Origin: an archaeon
GTDB taxonomy: Archaea; Iainarchaeota; Iainarchaeia; Iainarchaeales; 1-14-0-10-31-34
Assembly (NCBI GenBank): GCA_024277355.1
Contig: JAJRVL010000002.1
Span: 30,001-62,000, forward strand
Direction of reading: 5' to 3'
DNA: 32,000 nucleotides
Shown: positions 1-10,614 of the stretch, in pieces
Layout of the letters: each line of letters starts with the position of its first letter
Position numbering within the stretch: position 1 is the first letter of the stretch
Made by a program: the position numbers and the translations under genes
The notes under the pieces: generated by a model
Told to the model about the DNA's origin: nothing
Databases searched by the model: none
The model's input: the letters and a program-made list of their open reading frames with translations, nothing else

Positions 1-711
1 GGCGAAGAAGGTTATCCAGCTTATCTTGCAGCAAGATTATCAGAATTTTATGAAAGAGCCGGAAGAGTTAATGCTTTAGGTTCAAAAGAAGTAATTGGTT
101 CAGTTACAGCAATTGGTGCAGTTTCTCCTCCAGGAGGAGACTTTTCAGAACCTGTAACTCAAAATACTTTAAAGATTACAAAAGTGTTTTGGGCTTTAGA
201 TGCAAAATTAGCTCACAGAAGACACTTTCCTTCAATTAACTGGCTTGACTCTTATAGTTTATATGCAAACTCTTTAGAAAACTGGTTTATTGAAAATGTA
301 GCAGAAGACTGGGTTAAAATCAGAACTCAAATAATGAATGTCTTACAAAAAGAAGCTTCATTACAGGAAATTGTTCAGTTAATTGGTTCAGATGCTTTGC
401 CTGAAAAAGAACAGCTTACAATGGAAGTTGCAAGATTAATTAGAGAAGGTTTTTTGCAGCAAAACGCATTCCATGAAGTTGACTCTTACTGCAGTCTAAA
501 AAAACAATATGGTATTTTGAAGTCAATTATTTCTTTTTCTGAACAAGCTAATGCAGCAGTTGATGTTGGAGTGCCAATTGAAAGCATAATTAAAATGAAT
601 TCAAAATCTAAATTAACTAAAGTTTCTTTAGTTAAAGAAGAATTATTTGAAAAAGAAACAGAAAAAATAATGAATGAAATGAAAGAAGAATTTAAGTCAA
701 TCGCAAAATAA
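1..711 (+). CDS. atpA: A-type (A1A0/V-type) ATP synthase catalytic subunit A, C-terminal part; 5' end lies outside the window
   Basis: Frame 1 is open from base 1 ([64 protein letters not shown]), matching the C-terminal half of A/V-ATPase A subunits. The track ORF 184..711 is only its GTG-started tail. Stop is TAA at 709-711. Confidence 0.9.
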   Translation, partial: GEEGYPAYLAARLSEFYERAGRVNALGSKEVIGSVTAIGAVSPPGGDFSEPVTQNTLKITKVFWALDAKLAHRRHFPSINWLDSYSLYANSLENWFIENVAEDWVKIRTQIMNVLQKEASLQEIVQLIGSDALPEKEQLTMEVARLIREGFLQQNAFHEVDSYCSLKKQYGILKSIISFSEQANAAVDVGVPIESIIKMNSKSKLTKVSLVKEELFEKETEKIMNEMKEEFKSIAK

Positions 712-730
712 TGTCTGGAGTGATGAGAAA

Positions 731-2272
731 ATGAAAGAATATAAAACAATTGAAAAAATTGCAGGACCATTAATTTTTGTAAAAAAAACTGATCCAATAG
801 GTTATGGAGAATTAGTTAAAATAAAACTTGGAGACGGAACAATAAAAAATGGTCAAGTATTAGATACTTCAGATGATTTAGTTGTTGTACAGGTATTTGA
901 AGGAACTTCGGCAATAGATAAACAGTCAACAGTTAAATTTACAGGAGATACAATTAAACTAAAAGTTTCAAAAGATTTATTAGGAAGAGTTTTATCAGGT
1001 TTAGGCAATCCATTAGATGGCGGACCACAAATAATTCCAGAAAAAGAACAGGATATTATTGGAGCAGCAATTAATCCTTATGCAAGAAGTTCTCCAAAAG
1101 ATTTTGTTCAAACAGGAATTTCAACTATTGACGGAATGAATACTTTAGTTAAAGGACAAAAACTGCCAATTTTTTCTGGTTCAGGTTTGCCTCATAATGA
1201 CATTGCATTGCAAATTGCAAGACAGGCAAAAGTTGAAGGAAATTTTGCTGTTGTTTTTGCTGCAATGGGAATAACAAATGAAGAAGCACAGCAATTCCAA
1301 AGAGATTTTGAACAAACAGGCGCATTAGAAAGAACAATTATGTTTTTGAATTTAGCTAATGATCCTGCAATTGAAAGACTTATTACTCCTAGAATGGCTT
1401 TAACTGCAGCAGAATATTTAGCTTATGAACACGACATGCATGTTTTAGTAATTTTAACTGATATGACAAATTATTGTGAAGCATTAAGAGAAATTGGAGC
1501 TGCAAGAGAAGAAGTTCCTGGAAGAAGAGGTTATCCAGGGTATATGTATACAGATTTAGCTTCAATTTATGAAAGAGCAGGATTAATTAAAGGAAAACAA
1601 GGTTCAGTAACTCAAATTCCAATTCTAACAATGCCAGGAGATGACATAACTCATCCAATTCCTGATTTAACTGGATATATCACTGAAGGACAAATTGTGT
1701 TGGGAAGAGATTTGCATATGAAAGGAATTTATCCTCCAATTGATGTTTTGCCTTGTTTGTCTAGATTAATGAATGCAGGAATTGGCAAAAAAAACACAAG
1801 AGATGACCATAAAGCAGTTTCAAATCAATGTTATGCAGGTTATGCTGAAGGAAGATCTTTAAGAGGATTAGTTGCAATTGTCGGAGAAGAAGCTTTAAGT
1901 GAAAGAGACAGAGGTTTCTTAAAATTTGCAGAACAATTTGAAGACAAATTTATCAGACAAGCAAAAAACGAAAACAGAACAATTTTTGATACTTTAAATT
2001 TAGGCTGGGAATTATTATCAGCTTTGCCTAAAGCAGAATTAACAAGAATTGATGATGAATTAATTGAAAAATATTTAGACAAAGATAAAAGAGAAAAAAT
2101 AAGTGCAGAATTACAGTCAAAAAAACCTGAAGAAAATAAATCAGCAAAATTAGATGTTTCAAAAGAAATTTCTGCACCTAAATCAACAAAATTAATTTCA
2201 TCAAAAACAATACTAAAAAAGAAAACAACAAAAAAACCAGTAAAAAAAGCAGTAAAGAAAAAAAAGAAATGA
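731..2272 (+). CDS. atpB: A-type ATP synthase subunit B with an unusual Lys-rich C-terminal tail
   Basis: 513-aa ORF starting 19 nt after atpA. It has conserved B-subunit blocks ([56 protein letters not shown]). It ends at TGA. The last ~60 aa (..[18 protein letters not shown]) lie outside the conserved core. Confidence 0.95.
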   Translation: MKEYKTIEKIAGPLIFVKKTDPIGYGELVKIKLGDGTIKNGQVLDTSDDLVVVQVFEGTSAIDKQSTVKFTGDTIKLKVSKDLLGRVLSGLGNPLDGGPQIIPEKEQDIIGAAINPYARSSPKDFVQTGISTIDGMNTLVKGQKLPIFSGSGLPHNDIALQIARQAKVEGNFAVVFAAMGITNEEAQQFQRDFEQTGALERTIMFLNLANDPAIERLITPRMALTAAEYLAYEHDMHVLVILTDMTNYCEALREIGAAREEVPGRRGYPGYMYTDLASIYERAGLIKGKQGSVTQIPILTMPGDDITHPIPDLTGYITEGQIVLGRDLHMKGIYPPIDVLPCLSRLMNAGIGKKNTRDDHKAVSNQCYAGYAEGRSLRGLVAIVGEEALSERDRGFLKFAEQFEDKFIRQAKNENRTIFDTLNLGWELLSALPKAELTRIDDELIEKYLDKDKREKISAELQSKKPEENKSAKLDVSKEISAPKSTKLISSKTILKKKTTKKPVKKAVKKKKK

Positions 2273-2405
2273 CAACAAAATAAAAAATTAAAAAAATAAA
2301 AAAAGAAAAACACAAGTAAAATAAAAAAAAACAAAAAATAAAATTAACAAAAAATTAATTAAAATAAATTGAAATAAAAAAAAGTTAAATGAAAAGTGTT
2401 TAAGT

Positions 2406-3059
2406 ATGGCTGACATTAAACCAACAAGATCAGAATTAATTAAATTAAATAAAGCAATTAAATTAGCTTCTTCAGGGCATGCATTACTTAAAAGAAAAAG
2501 AGACGGTTTAATTCAGGAATTTTTCAAAGTATTAGAGGATGCAAAAAAATCTAAGTCAGCAATGGCAGATAATTACAAAAAAGCAACTCAAGAAATTAAT
2601 TTAGCCAGAGCAGTTGATGGAACAACAGCAGTTAAATCTGCTTCTTTAGCATTAAAACAAAAAGCAGTAATTGAAGTTAAAACAAGAAATGTAATGGGAG
2701 TAGTTGTTCCTGCAGTTAAATCTGATTACGAAGTAAAAGCTTTTGGAGAAAGAGGTTATGGTTTAATTGGCACTTCATCTTACATTGATGATGCTGCTGA
2801 AAGCTATGAAGTTTTATTGAAAAATATTATTGTTGCAGCAGAAATAGAAAACACGCTAAGAAAATTGTTAACAGAAATTGATAAAACTAAACGAAGAGTT
2901 AATGCATTAGAATTCAAAGTTATTCCTGAAATGAAAAAATCTGCTTCATTTATTCGTTTAAGATTAGAAGAAATGGAAAGAGACGATTTATTCAGATTAA
3001 AGAAAATCAAATCTAAATCAAAAAAGAAAGCTGAACTAAAAGAAAAACAAGTAAACTGA
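2406..3059 (+). CDS. atpD: A-type ATP synthase central-stalk subunit D
   Basis: 217-aa ORF. N-terminus MADIKPTRSELIKL..HALLKRKRDGL and a coiled-coil C-terminus (RRVNALEFKVIPE) are typical of subunit D. Gene order A-B-D matches archaeal atp operons. Confidence 0.9.
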   Translation: MADIKPTRSELIKLNKAIKLASSGHALLKRKRDGLIQEFFKVLEDAKKSKSAMADNYKKATQEINLARAVDGTTAVKSASLALKQKAVIEVKTRNVMGVVVPAVKSDYEVKAFGERGYGLIGTSSYIDDAAESYEVLLKNIIVAAEIENTLRKLLTEIDKTKRRVNALEFKVIPEMKKSASFIRLRLEEMERDDLFRLKKIKSKSKKKAELKEKQVN

Positions 3060-3180
3060 TTTTCAGTTAAATTTAAAATAATCTTTTGGCTGTATTAATT
3101 ATTATTATTATTATTATTTCATGATTTAGTTGAAGTTGATGCTTCAAGAGGAATAGTTAAAAAAATAAAAAAGTGAAAAA

Positions 3181-3200
3181 ATAGAAGATTAATCTTCTAT
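3181..3200. terminator. Perfect 20-bp palindrome between convergent atpD and radA (candidate bidirectional terminator hairpin)
   Basis: atagaagatt/aatcttctat is self-complementary. It overlaps the radA stop codon (3189-3191) and lies downstream of atpD. A function in archaeal termination is inferred only. Confidence 0.35.
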
Positions 3201-4310
3201 TCCGTTTTCTGTTACTTTATATACTGCTTCTCCGTCTGGAAGTGAAGGACTGTCAACTAATTTTGCAACTCTTTTTTCTGCTTTAGCTTTTCTTAAATAA
3301 ATTCTTGTTTTGCTTGCGTGTGCTACTACATTTCCTCCGATTGGTGCTGTTGGGTCTCCAAACAATATGTCTGGACGAGACATTACCTGGTTTGTAACTA
3401 ATACTGCAACATTATTCATTTCAGCTAATTTCATTAAAGTATGCATATGTTTGTTTAGTTTTTGTTGTCTTCCTGAAAGTGTTCCTCTTCCAATAAATTC
3501 TGCTCTGAACTGAGAAGTCAAAGAATCAACTATAACTAATTTAATGTTTTTTTCTTTTATCATGTCTTCTGCTTTTTCTGCTAAAACCATTTGGTGGTCT
3601 GAATTAAAAGCTCTTGCAACAAAAATGTTTTTCAATACATCTTCTTCATGTAAATCAAATCTTTTTGCAATGCTTACAATTCTTTCCGGTCGAAAAGAAT
3701 TTTCTGAGTCAATATATAATACATTTCCGTTTAAACCGCCTTGTTCTTTTGGCAGTTGAGTTGCAACGCATAACTGAAAGCACCACTGAGTTTTTCCTGA
3801 AGCAAATTTTCCGTAAATTTCTGTTATGCTTTGTGTTTCAATTCCTCCGCCGATTAATTCATCTAATTCTTTTGAGCCTGTAGTAATTTTTCCTATTGAT
3901 GCTCTTCTTTCCTGAATTTTGTCTGCGGTTTCATAACCCATTTCAAGGTTTTCTCTTGCTGCAGTAATTGCTTTTGTTGCAGTAATTTCTCCTAATCCTG
4001 CGGCTTCCATTAATTCTGCAGGAGAAGCTACAGCAATGTTTTCCATTGTTTTATATCCTGCTGCAATTAATTTTTCTGCTGAAGTTGCTCCAACTCCAGG
4101 CAAGTCTGAAATAGTTTTTGCTTTTTTTTCTAGTTTGCTTATTTCTTTTTCAGCATTAGTTGTGGTTTCAGTTTTAGTTTTCTTTTCTGGTGCAATTACT
4201 TCACTTTCAGCATCAGCTGTAATTGTAGTTTTAGTTTTTTTTCCAGGAGTAATTATTTCGCTTTCTCCGGTAGAAACAGTTGTTGTTTTACTTTTACTTT
4301 TTTCGGCCAT
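3189..4310 (-). CDS. radA: DNA repair and recombination protein RadA with an N-terminal Thr/Lys/Glu-rich repeat extension
   Basis: 373-aa ORF with an HhH region ([17 protein letters not shown]), Walker A (GKFASGKTQ), Walker B ([10 protein letters not shown]) and a RadA/Rad51 core. The first ~60 aa are repeats of SE(I/V)I.P.KKTKT. Confidence 0.95.
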   Translation of the reverse strand: MAEKSKSKTTTVSTGESEIITPGKKTKTTITADAESEVIAPEKKTKTETTTNAEKEISKLEKKAKTISDLPGVGATSAEKLIAAGYKTMENIAVASPAELMEAAGLGEITATKAITAARENLEMGYETADKIQERRASIGKITTGSKELDELIGGGIETQSITEIYGKFASGKTQWCFQLCVATQLPKEQGGLNGNVLYIDSENSFRPERIVSIAKRFDLHEEDVLKNIFVARAFNSDHQMVLAEKAEDMIKEKNIKLVIVDSLTSQFRAEFIGRGTLSGRQQKLNKHMHTLMKLAEMNNVAVLVTNQVMSRPDILFGDPTAPIGGNVVAHASKTRIYLRKAKAEKRVAKLVDSPSLPDGEAVYKVTENGIED

Positions 4311-4478
4311 TTTTTCACACTCCTTTTATTGCATTAAGTTTTTTCAGGTTGTTGTTTTGGCTGAACTCACCTATTAACTTATGCTCATATAACTAAGTCC
4401 CATGCTTTTTAAATATTTTTCAGGGTAAACTGCCGTTGATTTACAAAGATTTTTTAATAAAGAAAAGGATATTTATTT

Positions 4479-5117
4479 ATGAATAAACTTAAAACTGTTG
4501 AAGATATTGCAAAAAAAGAATTACAGGCATTAAGAGAAAACGTTGAAAAATCAAAAGGAAAAGCAATTGTTTTAGTTCATCCTTTTTATTATCAAAAAGA
4601 AAAAGAAATTAAAGTTTCAGAAGAATTAATTAAAAAATCAAAATTTCCTGTAATTATTCTTGAAGAATCAGAAGAAATTCCTTTGCTTAAACAAAGACTG
4701 CAAAAACTAAAAATTCATTCTCCTTTAATTCTGCCTACGGTTTCTAATACTCCTAATTTAAAAGCAAAAGGAGTAAAAGCAATTGTTAACTGGTTTTTTC
4801 CTGCAAGAAAATTAATTTCAATTTTAAGTACTGCAGGAGTAAAAAGAGTTTTTGTTGGAGGAATGGAAACAAGAAAAAAACCTAATTTAAGTGTTTTTAT
4901 GCATGAAAAAAAACAGCTTCCTGCAAACAGAAAGCCTTCAGCAAATACTGTTTCTGATGGCTGTGCAGGACTTGTTTATGAAAAATTAATTAAATCCAAA
5001 AAATTTGATGCAATAAGATTAATTCCTAATACAGTTTTTCCTGATAAACCAAAATATAAATTAAAAACGCCTAAAGTTAAACCAAAGAAACCGAAATTAA
5101 AGCCAAAACTTCGTTAA
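4479..5117 (+). CDS. Hypothetical protein with a Lys/Pro-rich C-terminal tail
   Basis: 212-aa ORF with ordinary amino-acid composition. It is divergent from radA and has TATA-like AT boxes upstream. I recognise no family. The tail is PDKPKYKLKTPKVKPKKPKLKPKLR. Confidence 0.5.
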   Translation: MNKLKTVEDIAKKELQALRENVEKSKGKAIVLVHPFYYQKEKEIKVSEELIKKSKFPVIILEESEEIPLLKQRLQKLKIHSPLILPTVSNTPNLKAKGVKAIVNWFFPARKLISILSTAGVKRVFVGGMETRKKPNLSVFMHEKKQLPANRKPSANTVSDGCAGLVYEKLIKSKKFDAIRLIPNTVFPDKPKYKLKTPKVKPKKPKLKPKLR

Positions 5118-5180
5118 TTGCCTTAACATTGAATTTAAAAGCCTTTTTTCACCCTTTATTTTTCTTTTAAGAGGGAAAAA

Positions 5181-6323
5181 ATGATTGCAGACAGATTTAA
5201 TGAATTACAGCCTTCAGCGACTTTAGCTATTAATGCTAAAGCATTAGAATTAAAAGCAAAAGGATTTAATGTAATTAATTTTTCTGTTGGCGAACCTGAT
5301 TTTAATTCTCCTGAAAATGTTAAGCAAGCAGGAGTTAAAGCAATACAAGAAAACTTTACTCGTTATACTGCTGTTCCAGGAATAATTGATTTAAGAGAAA
5401 AAATAAAAGAAAAATTAATGAAAGAAAACAATTTGAATTATTCTGTTGAAGAAATTGTTGTTTCAAATGGAGCAAAACAAGCATTATATAATTCAATTAT
5501 GGTTTTATGCAATAAAATGGATGAAGTAATTATTCCTTGTCCTTATTGGGTAAGTTATAATGCAATGGTTTTGTTGGCTGAAGCAAGACCTGTTTACACA
5601 AAAAATGATTCACTTAAAATAACCTCTGAAGAATTTGAAAATTCAATAACAAAAAAAACTAAAGCAATAATTCTTAATTCTCCAAGCAATCCAACTGGAT
5701 TAATTTACAAAAAAAAAGAATTAGAATCTTTAGCTGAAATTGCAGTTAAAAAAAATGTTTTTGTTTTGTCTGATGAAATCTATGAAAAAATAATTTTTTA
5801 TGAAAAACATTATTCTATTGCATCATTTAATGATGAAATAAAAAATTTAACTGTTACAATTAATGGTTTTTCAAAAACTTATTCAATGACTGGTTATAGA
5901 ATAGGTTATTCTGCTTCAAACAAAGAAATTGCTTCTGCAATAAAAAAAATTCAAAGCCATGCTACAGGTTCTGCTTGTTCTTTTGCACAAAAATCTGCTT
6001 TAGCTTCATTTGAAACAAAAGAAACTGAATCAGAAAAACACATTGAAGAATTAAAGAAAAAAAGAGATTTTACGGCAAAAGAATTAAAAAAAACTAAAAT
6101 TAAATTTATTTTGCCTGATGGAGCATTTTATTTTTTCTTAAATTTAAAAGAAATTTCAGATAATGACATTAAATTATGTTCTGATTTACTTGAAAAAAAA
6201 CATGTTGCTTTAGTTCCAGGAACTCCTTTTGGAATGAAAGGTTATGCGAGATTAAGTTATGCTGTTTCAAACGAAAATTTAATTGAAGGCTTAAAAAGAA
6301 TAAACGAATTTATAAAACAATAA
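5181..6323 (+). CDS. PLP-dependent class-I aminotransferase (aspartate aminotransferase-like)
   Basis: 380-aa ORF with blocks NFSVGEPDF, NSPSNPTG, LSDEIYE and FSKTYSMTGYRIGY (PLP-lysine motif). AGAGGGA RBS upstream. Confidence 0.85.
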   Translation: MIADRFNELQPSATLAINAKALELKAKGFNVINFSVGEPDFNSPENVKQAGVKAIQENFTRYTAVPGIIDLREKIKEKLMKENNLNYSVEEIVVSNGAKQALYNSIMVLCNKMDEVIIPCPYWVSYNAMVLLAEARPVYTKNDSLKITSEEFENSITKKTKAIILNSPSNPTGLIYKKKELESLAEIAVKKNVFVLSDEIYEKIIFYEKHYSIASFNDEIKNLTVTINGFSKTYSMTGYRIGYSASNKEIASAIKKIQSHATGSACSFAQKSALASFETKETESEKHIEELKKKRDFTAKELKKTKIKFILPDGAFYFFLNLKEISDNDIKLCSDLLEKKHVALVPGTPFGMKGYARLSYAVSNENLIEGLKRINEFIKQ

Positions 6324-6380
6324 ATTATTAAAATAAAAAAAGGAAAAAAATAAAAGAAAACAATTATTTAATTGAATTCT

Positions 6381-7010
6381 TTATTTATTTAATTCAGTTT
6401 GAATTGCCTGCTTTAAATTACTCCATTTGCCAATTTTTTTTCCGTTAACAAAAAAGCTTGGAGTTGAATTTACTCCTTTAGATATTCCTTCCTGAATGTC
6501 TTTATTAACAACTGAATCTTTAGCTGTTCCTTCAAGTGTTGCAGTAAATTTCTCTATGTCTAATTCAAGTTCTTCTGCATATTTAATTAAATCTTCTTTT
6601 TTCAGATTATCCTGATTTTCAAATAATTTATCGTGATATTCCCAGAATTTTCCCTGGTCTCCTGCTGCTTCAGCTGCAACTGCAGCTTTAAATGCATAAG
6701 GATGAATTGAAGTTAAAGGAAAATGCCTGTATTCAAACCGAACTTCATCCTGAAATTCATTTATTGTATTTTTAGCATAATTATAAGCTGAACCGCATGC
6801 AGGACACTGAAAATCAGAATACTCGATTACAACAACTTTTGCATCTATGTTTCCTTTAAACGGTCTTCCATCATTTCCTGTCGGAGCAGGATTATTATTC
6901 ATAACCATAAATCCAATTACTATTACAAGAATAACAACTGCTATTCCGCCATAAAGCATTGAATTAGATTTTTTTTCGGTTTCCATTTTTTTTTCTTTTA
7001 ATTTACTCAA
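6381..7010 (-). CDS. Membrane-anchored DsbA-like thiol:disulfide oxidoreductase (CPAC active site)
   Basis: 209 aa. N-terminal TM segment (GGIAVVILVIVIGFMVM), then YSDFQCPACGS and the cis-Pro region NSTPSFFVNGKK, as in DsbA-like thioredoxin-fold proteins. Probable TTG start preceded by GGGGTG. Confidence 0.8.
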   Translation of the reverse strand: MSKLKEKKMETEKKSNSMLYGGIAVVILVIVIGFMVMNNNPAPTGNDGRPFKGNIDAKVVVIEYSDFQCPACGSAYNYAKNTINEFQDEVRFEYRHFPLTSIHPYAFKAAVAAEAAGDQGKFWEYHDKLFENQDNLKKEDLIKYAEELELDIEKFTATLEGTAKDSVVNKDIQEGISKGVNSTPSFFVNGKKIGKWSNLKQAIQTELNK

Positions 7011-7111
7011 GACAACACCCCTTTTCTTTATTTAATCATCAAACTGTTTAAATTAGTTGTTTTTTTTGTCAGTAATTTTTTTATTAGCAGTTTCTTTTTA
7101 TTTTGTTTTAT

Positions 7112-9706
7112 TTATTTTTTAAAAAAACTTGCTTTAAATCTTTTCATAAGTAATGAGTTTGTTACAACTGAAACTGAACTAAAAGCCATTGCAGTTCCTG
7201 CAATAACAGGGCTTAATAAAATTCCTGTAAAAGGAAATAAAATTCCTGCTGCAATCGGAATTCCAATTACATTATAAGCAAAAGCCCAGAAAAAATTCTG
7301 TTTTATTTTGTTCATTGCATATTTGCTTAATTCAATTGCAGTAACTACATCTCTTAAATCATTTTTAACTAAAATTACATCTCCTGTTTCAATTGCAATA
7401 TCTGTTCCTGAACCAATTGCAATTCCAATGTCTGCCTGAGCCAAAGCAGGAGCATCATTTATTCCGTCTCCTACCATTGCAACTTTAAGGTTTTCTTTTT
7501 GTAATTCTTTTACTTTTTCTGCTTTTTCTTCAGGCAGAACTTCAGCAAAAACTCTTTCAATTCCAATTTGGTCTGCTATGGCTCTTGCAGTTCTTTCATT
7601 GTCTCCTGAAATCATTATTGTGTCAAGGTTCATTTTATTAAGAATTTTTATTGCTTCAAAAGAATTTTCTTTTAATGTATCGGCTACAGCAATAATTCCT
7701 GCAGGAGTATTGTTAACTGAAATTACAACAGCAGTTTTTCCTTGTTTTTCAAGTTTTTGCAGGGAACTTTCAATAAACTCAGTTTTAATTTTATTTTCTT
7801 CCATTAATTTTCTGTTTCCAAGCAGAATATTTTTTTTATTGTAAACTGCCTGAATTCCTTTTCCGCTGATGGAATTAAAGTTTTCTGGTTCCTTTAAAAT
7901 AATTTTTTGTTCTTTTGATTTTTTGACTATTGCTTCTCCTAAAGGGTGTTCTGATTTATTTTCTATTGCTGCTGCAATTTCTAATACTTCTTTTTCTTTA
8001 AATCCATTTAAAGAAATAATATTTGTTACTTCAGGTTTTCCTTTAGTTAAAGTTCCTGTTTTATCAAAAACAATTGTGTTAAGTTCTCCTGTTTTCTGCA
8101 ATGCTTCAGCATTTTTAATTAATATTCCGTGTTCTGCGCCTAAACCTGTTCCAACCATTACTGCAGTAGGAGTAGCCAAGCCAATTGCACAAGGACATGC
8201 AATAATCATTACACTAATAAAAATAGTTAAAGCAAAAAGAAATGCCTGTCCTCCAATAAAAAACCAGAATAAAGCAGAAACAACCGCAATAATCATTACT
8301 GCAGGAACAAAAACAGAAGCAATTTTGTCTCCTAATTCTTGTATTGGAGCTTTGCTTCCTTGTGCGTCTTCAACAAATTTAATTATTTGTGCTAAAGCAG
8401 TTTCTTCTCCAATCTTTTCTGTTTTAAATTTAAAGCTTCCTGTCTTATTTATTGTTGCTCCAATTACTGTGTCATTAATGTTTTTTTCTACTGGAATACT
8501 TTCGCCTGTAACCATGCTTTCATCAATACTTGAATGACCTGAAATTACTTTGCCGTCAACAGGAATTTTCATTCCGGGTTTAACAATAACAATATCTCCA
8601 ACTAAAACTTCTTCTATTGGAATTTCAATTTCTTTTCCGTTTCTTTCAATTAAAGCAGTTTTTGCCTGCAAGCCCATTAATTTTTTTATTGCTTCAGAAG
8701 TTTTTCCTTTAGCTAATGATTCAAAATATTTTCCTAATAAAATAAATGCAATTAAGAACGCTGCAACTTCAAAATACAAATCTTTTGAACTAAACAAAGA
8801 AGAACCAGTTAAAATTGCAATAACTGCAATTAAACTGTAAACATAAGCAGAACCAACTCCAATTGCCACAAGAGAATCCATATTAGGGTTTTTGTTTAAA
8901 ATTAATGCTTTAAAACCAGAAGTAAAAAATCTTCTTCCAATCCACATCACAGGAGTAGCAAGCAAAAACTGAATTATAGCTTCATTTTGCATAATAAATT
9001 CGGGGACAGGTAATGGGAAAAAATTTGAAAACATTAAATACATTAAAGGAAGTGATAAACCAATTGCACTAAGAAATTTATTTTTATATGATTCAATTTC
9101 TTTTTGTCTTGCTTCTTTTTCTATGTCAGATGTTTCTGTTTTTTCTGCTTTATAGCCTGCGTTATCTATTGCTTTAATTAAATCACTTGTTTTTACTTTA
9201 TCTGAATCAAAAAAAACTGTTGCTTTTTGTGTTGTTAAGTTAGTCTGATAACTTTTCACTCCGTCAATTTTTTCTAAAGTGCTTTCAATTATTCCAATGC
9301 AATGCTGTGATTCCATTCCATGAACTTTTAATATAACTTTATTTTTTCCTTTTTCAGGTTCTTTTTTGATTACTCCATAACCTGCTTTTTTTATTGCTTT
9401 TTCAAATAAACCTGAATTGGCTTTATTTTTATCAAAAACAATTGTTGCTTTTTCTGTTGCATAATTAACATTAGCAGATTTAACTCCTTCAACTTTATTT
9501 AATGCTTTTTCTATTGTTAAAGCACAGGAAGCACAATGCATATCTTTAATCAAAATGCTTTGTTTTGAATCAGAAATTAAAGGGTGTTTGTGTTCTTTAG
9601 TTTTTTCTTCCCCTAAAAACTTTTCATAACAATTCTTTGAACAAAAAAAGTATTCTTTTCCGTTCTTAACTGTCTTAAATTTAGCTTTTTCTTTTTCTAT
9701 TTCCAT
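7112..9706 (-). CDS. copA: Copper-translocating P1B-type ATPase (YHS-like N-terminus + 2 HMA domains)
   Basis: 864 aa with TGES, the CPC motif ([11 protein letters not shown]), DKTGT, SEHPLG and [13 protein letters not shown]1 has MHCASC. HMA2 is degenerate (GMESQHC, a single Cys). The N-terminus [15 protein letters not shown] is the C-terminal half of a YHS/TRASH motif. The first half (DPSCG) lies upstream of the ATG (see findings), so the true start is uncertain. Confidence 0.95.
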   Translation of the reverse strand: MEIEKEKAKFKTVKNGKEYFFCSKNCYEKFLGEEKTKEHKHPLISDSKQSILIKDMHCASCALTIEKALNKVEGVKSANVNYATEKATIVFDKNKANSGLFEKAIKKAGYGVIKKEPEKGKNKVILKVHGMESQHCIGIIESTLEKIDGVKSYQTNLTTQKATVFFDSDKVKTSDLIKAIDNAGYKAEKTETSDIEKEARQKEIESYKNKFLSAIGLSLPLMYLMFSNFFPLPVPEFIMQNEAIIQFLLATPVMWIGRRFFTSGFKALILNKNPNMDSLVAIGVGSAYVYSLIAVIAILTGSSLFSSKDLYFEVAAFLIAFILLGKYFESLAKGKTSEAIKKLMGLQAKTALIERNGKEIEIPIEEVLVGDIVIVKPGMKIPVDGKVISGHSSIDESMVTGESIPVEKNINDTVIGATINKTGSFKFKTEKIGEETALAQIIKFVEDAQGSKAPIQELGDKIASVFVPAVMIIAVVSALFWFFIGGQAFLFALTIFISVMIIACPCAIGLATPTAVMVGTGLGAEHGILIKNAEALQKTGELNTIVFDKTGTLTKGKPEVTNIISLNGFKEKEVLEIAAAIENKSEHPLGEAIVKKSKEQKIILKEPENFNSISGKGIQAVYNKKNILLGNRKLMEENKIKTEFIESSLQKLEKQGKTAVVISVNNTPAGIIAVADTLKENSFEAIKILNKMNLDTIMISGDNERTARAIADQIGIERVFAEVLPEEKAEKVKELQKENLKVAMVGDGINDAPALAQADIGIAIGSGTDIAIETGDVILVKNDLRDVVTAIELSKYAMNKIKQNFFWAFAYNVIGIPIAAGILFPFTGILLSPVIAGTAMAFSSVSVVTNSLLMKRFKASFFKK

Positions 9707-9729
9707 TCCGCAGGAAGGGTCTTTAACTT

Positions 9730-10116
9730 TTATTTTACCACCATGTCAACAACTTTTTTTAATTTTGCTTCAACTTCAATTCCAATTTCTTCTAATTCCT
9801 TGTTTCCAATTAAATCCATCATAATAGAAGGAAGAATCGCTGAAATAAAAACTTTTCCTTTGTCTTTAAAAATAATTACATTGCAAGGCAAAAACAAACC
9901 AATTTCTTTTTCTGCTTTTAATGTCTTAAATGCAAAAGAAGGATTGCATGCTCCAAGAATTTTATATTCATTAAATTCTTCATTTAATTTTTCTTTTAAG
10001 GTTTTTTTAACATCAATTTCAGTTAAAACTCCAAAACCTTCTTTTTTCAGTTCTTCAAAAGCTTTATTATAAGCTTCCTGAAAACTTCCATTAAATTCTT
10101 TTTTATATCCATACAT
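9730..10116 (-). CDS. DUF302 domain protein
   Basis: 128 aa. The pattern [37 protein letters not shown] matches DUF302 as I remember it. It sits immediately upstream of copA in the same orientation. Confidence 0.8.
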   Translation of the reverse strand: MYGYKKEFNGSFQEAYNKAFEELKKEGFGVLTEIDVKKTLKEKLNEEFNEYKILGACNPSFAFKTLKAEKEIGLFLPCNVIIFKDKGKVFISAILPSIMMDLIGNKELEEIGIEVEAKLKKVVDMVVK

Positions 10117-10162
10117 TAAAACACCTCTAATAATTAAAAAGAAAAAAACTAAAAATAGTTTA

Positions 10163-10181
10163 AAGGGCTAAAAAAGCCCTT
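10163..10181 (-). terminator. GC-rich stem-loop AAGGGCT-N5-AGCCCTT
   Basis: A 7-bp perfect stem stands out in AT-rich DNA. On the minus-strand RNA it lies 7 nt after the mini-ORF stop and upstream of DUF302-copA, and is followed by T-runs. Confidence 0.4.
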
Positions 10182-10188
10182 ATTTAAT

Positions 10189-10212
10189 TTAACAACAACC
10201 TGGTCCTCTCAT
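10189..10212 (-). CDS. Candidate 7-codon mini-ORF encoding MRGPGCC
   Basis: ATG AGA GGA CCA GGT TGT TGT TAA is preceded by GGAGGTG with a 5-nt spacer, the same SD geometry as neighbouring genes. It is far too short to assess by coding statistics. Confidence 0.2.
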   Translation of the reverse strand: MRGPGCC

Positions 10213-10281
10213 TCTTTCACCTCCTAAACTTAGGCTTGCCTAATATATTGTGAATCATAATCTTATTAAAACTTATTGTGT

Positions 10282-10527
10282 TTAAGCAAATTTATTGTAA
10301 GCCAATGCTATTGCATATCCAAAAACAAAACCAATTATTCCTGCTTCAATTATTCCAAGAATTATTCCTGTTGGGGTCAAAGAAAAAAACATGTGTCCTT
10401 CCTGCATCATGTTCGCCATTCCGGAATAAATTCCAAAATTTCCAAAAACTCCCATTAAAAGCATTGCTAAAGCAGAAACAATTCCTCCTGCATAACCTAG
10501 TGCAAGTTCATTTAATTTTTCACTCAT
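10282..10527 (-). CDS. Small two-TM membrane protein (81 aa from the SD-preceded ATG)
   Basis: The track ORF 10282..10569 has an internal ATG at 10527 preceded by AGGAGGG. The sequence MSEKLNELALGYAGGIVSALAMLLMGVFG..GIIGFVFGYAIALAYNKFA has two hydrophobic helices. Confidence 0.6.
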   Translation of the reverse strand: MSEKLNELALGYAGGIVSALAMLLMGVFGNFGIYSGMANMMQEGHMFFSLTPTGIILGIIEAGIIGFVFGYAIALAYNKFA

Positions 10528-10562
10528 TTTTTCCCTCCTTTTTACTAATCCTATTAGGTAAC

Positions 10563-10579
10563 ATATCATAATATGATAT
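10563..10579. promoter_or_regulatory. 17-bp perfect palindrome ATATCATA-A-TATGATAT in a divergent promoter region
   Basis: It lies between the small membrane protein gene (-) and the PadR::TRASH regulator gene (+), just upstream of a TTTTTAAAT TATA-like box (10585-10593). It is a candidate operator. Confidence 0.35.
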
Positions 10580-10614
10580 ATCAGTTTTTAAATCTTTTGC
10601 TTTAGCCTTTAATT

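Noticed and set aside
2273-2405. 133-nt almost pure A/T spacer, A-rich on the + strand, between atpB and atpD as a regulatory RNA or promoter
   Set aside because: It has no secondary structure or conserved box, and the lack of T-runs is compatible with simple read-through within the atp operon. The low-complexity sequence cannot support a specific call.
3098-3118. (ATT)7 microsatellite in the atpD-radA spacer
   Set aside because: It is a short simple repeat in intergenic AT-rich DNA with no evident function. It is noted only as a possible length-polymorphic site.
10276-10571. Plus-strand ORFs 10276..10458 and 10278..10571
   Set aside because: They are antisense to the SD-preceded small membrane protein gene. 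Their translations are low-complexity and lack initiation signals.
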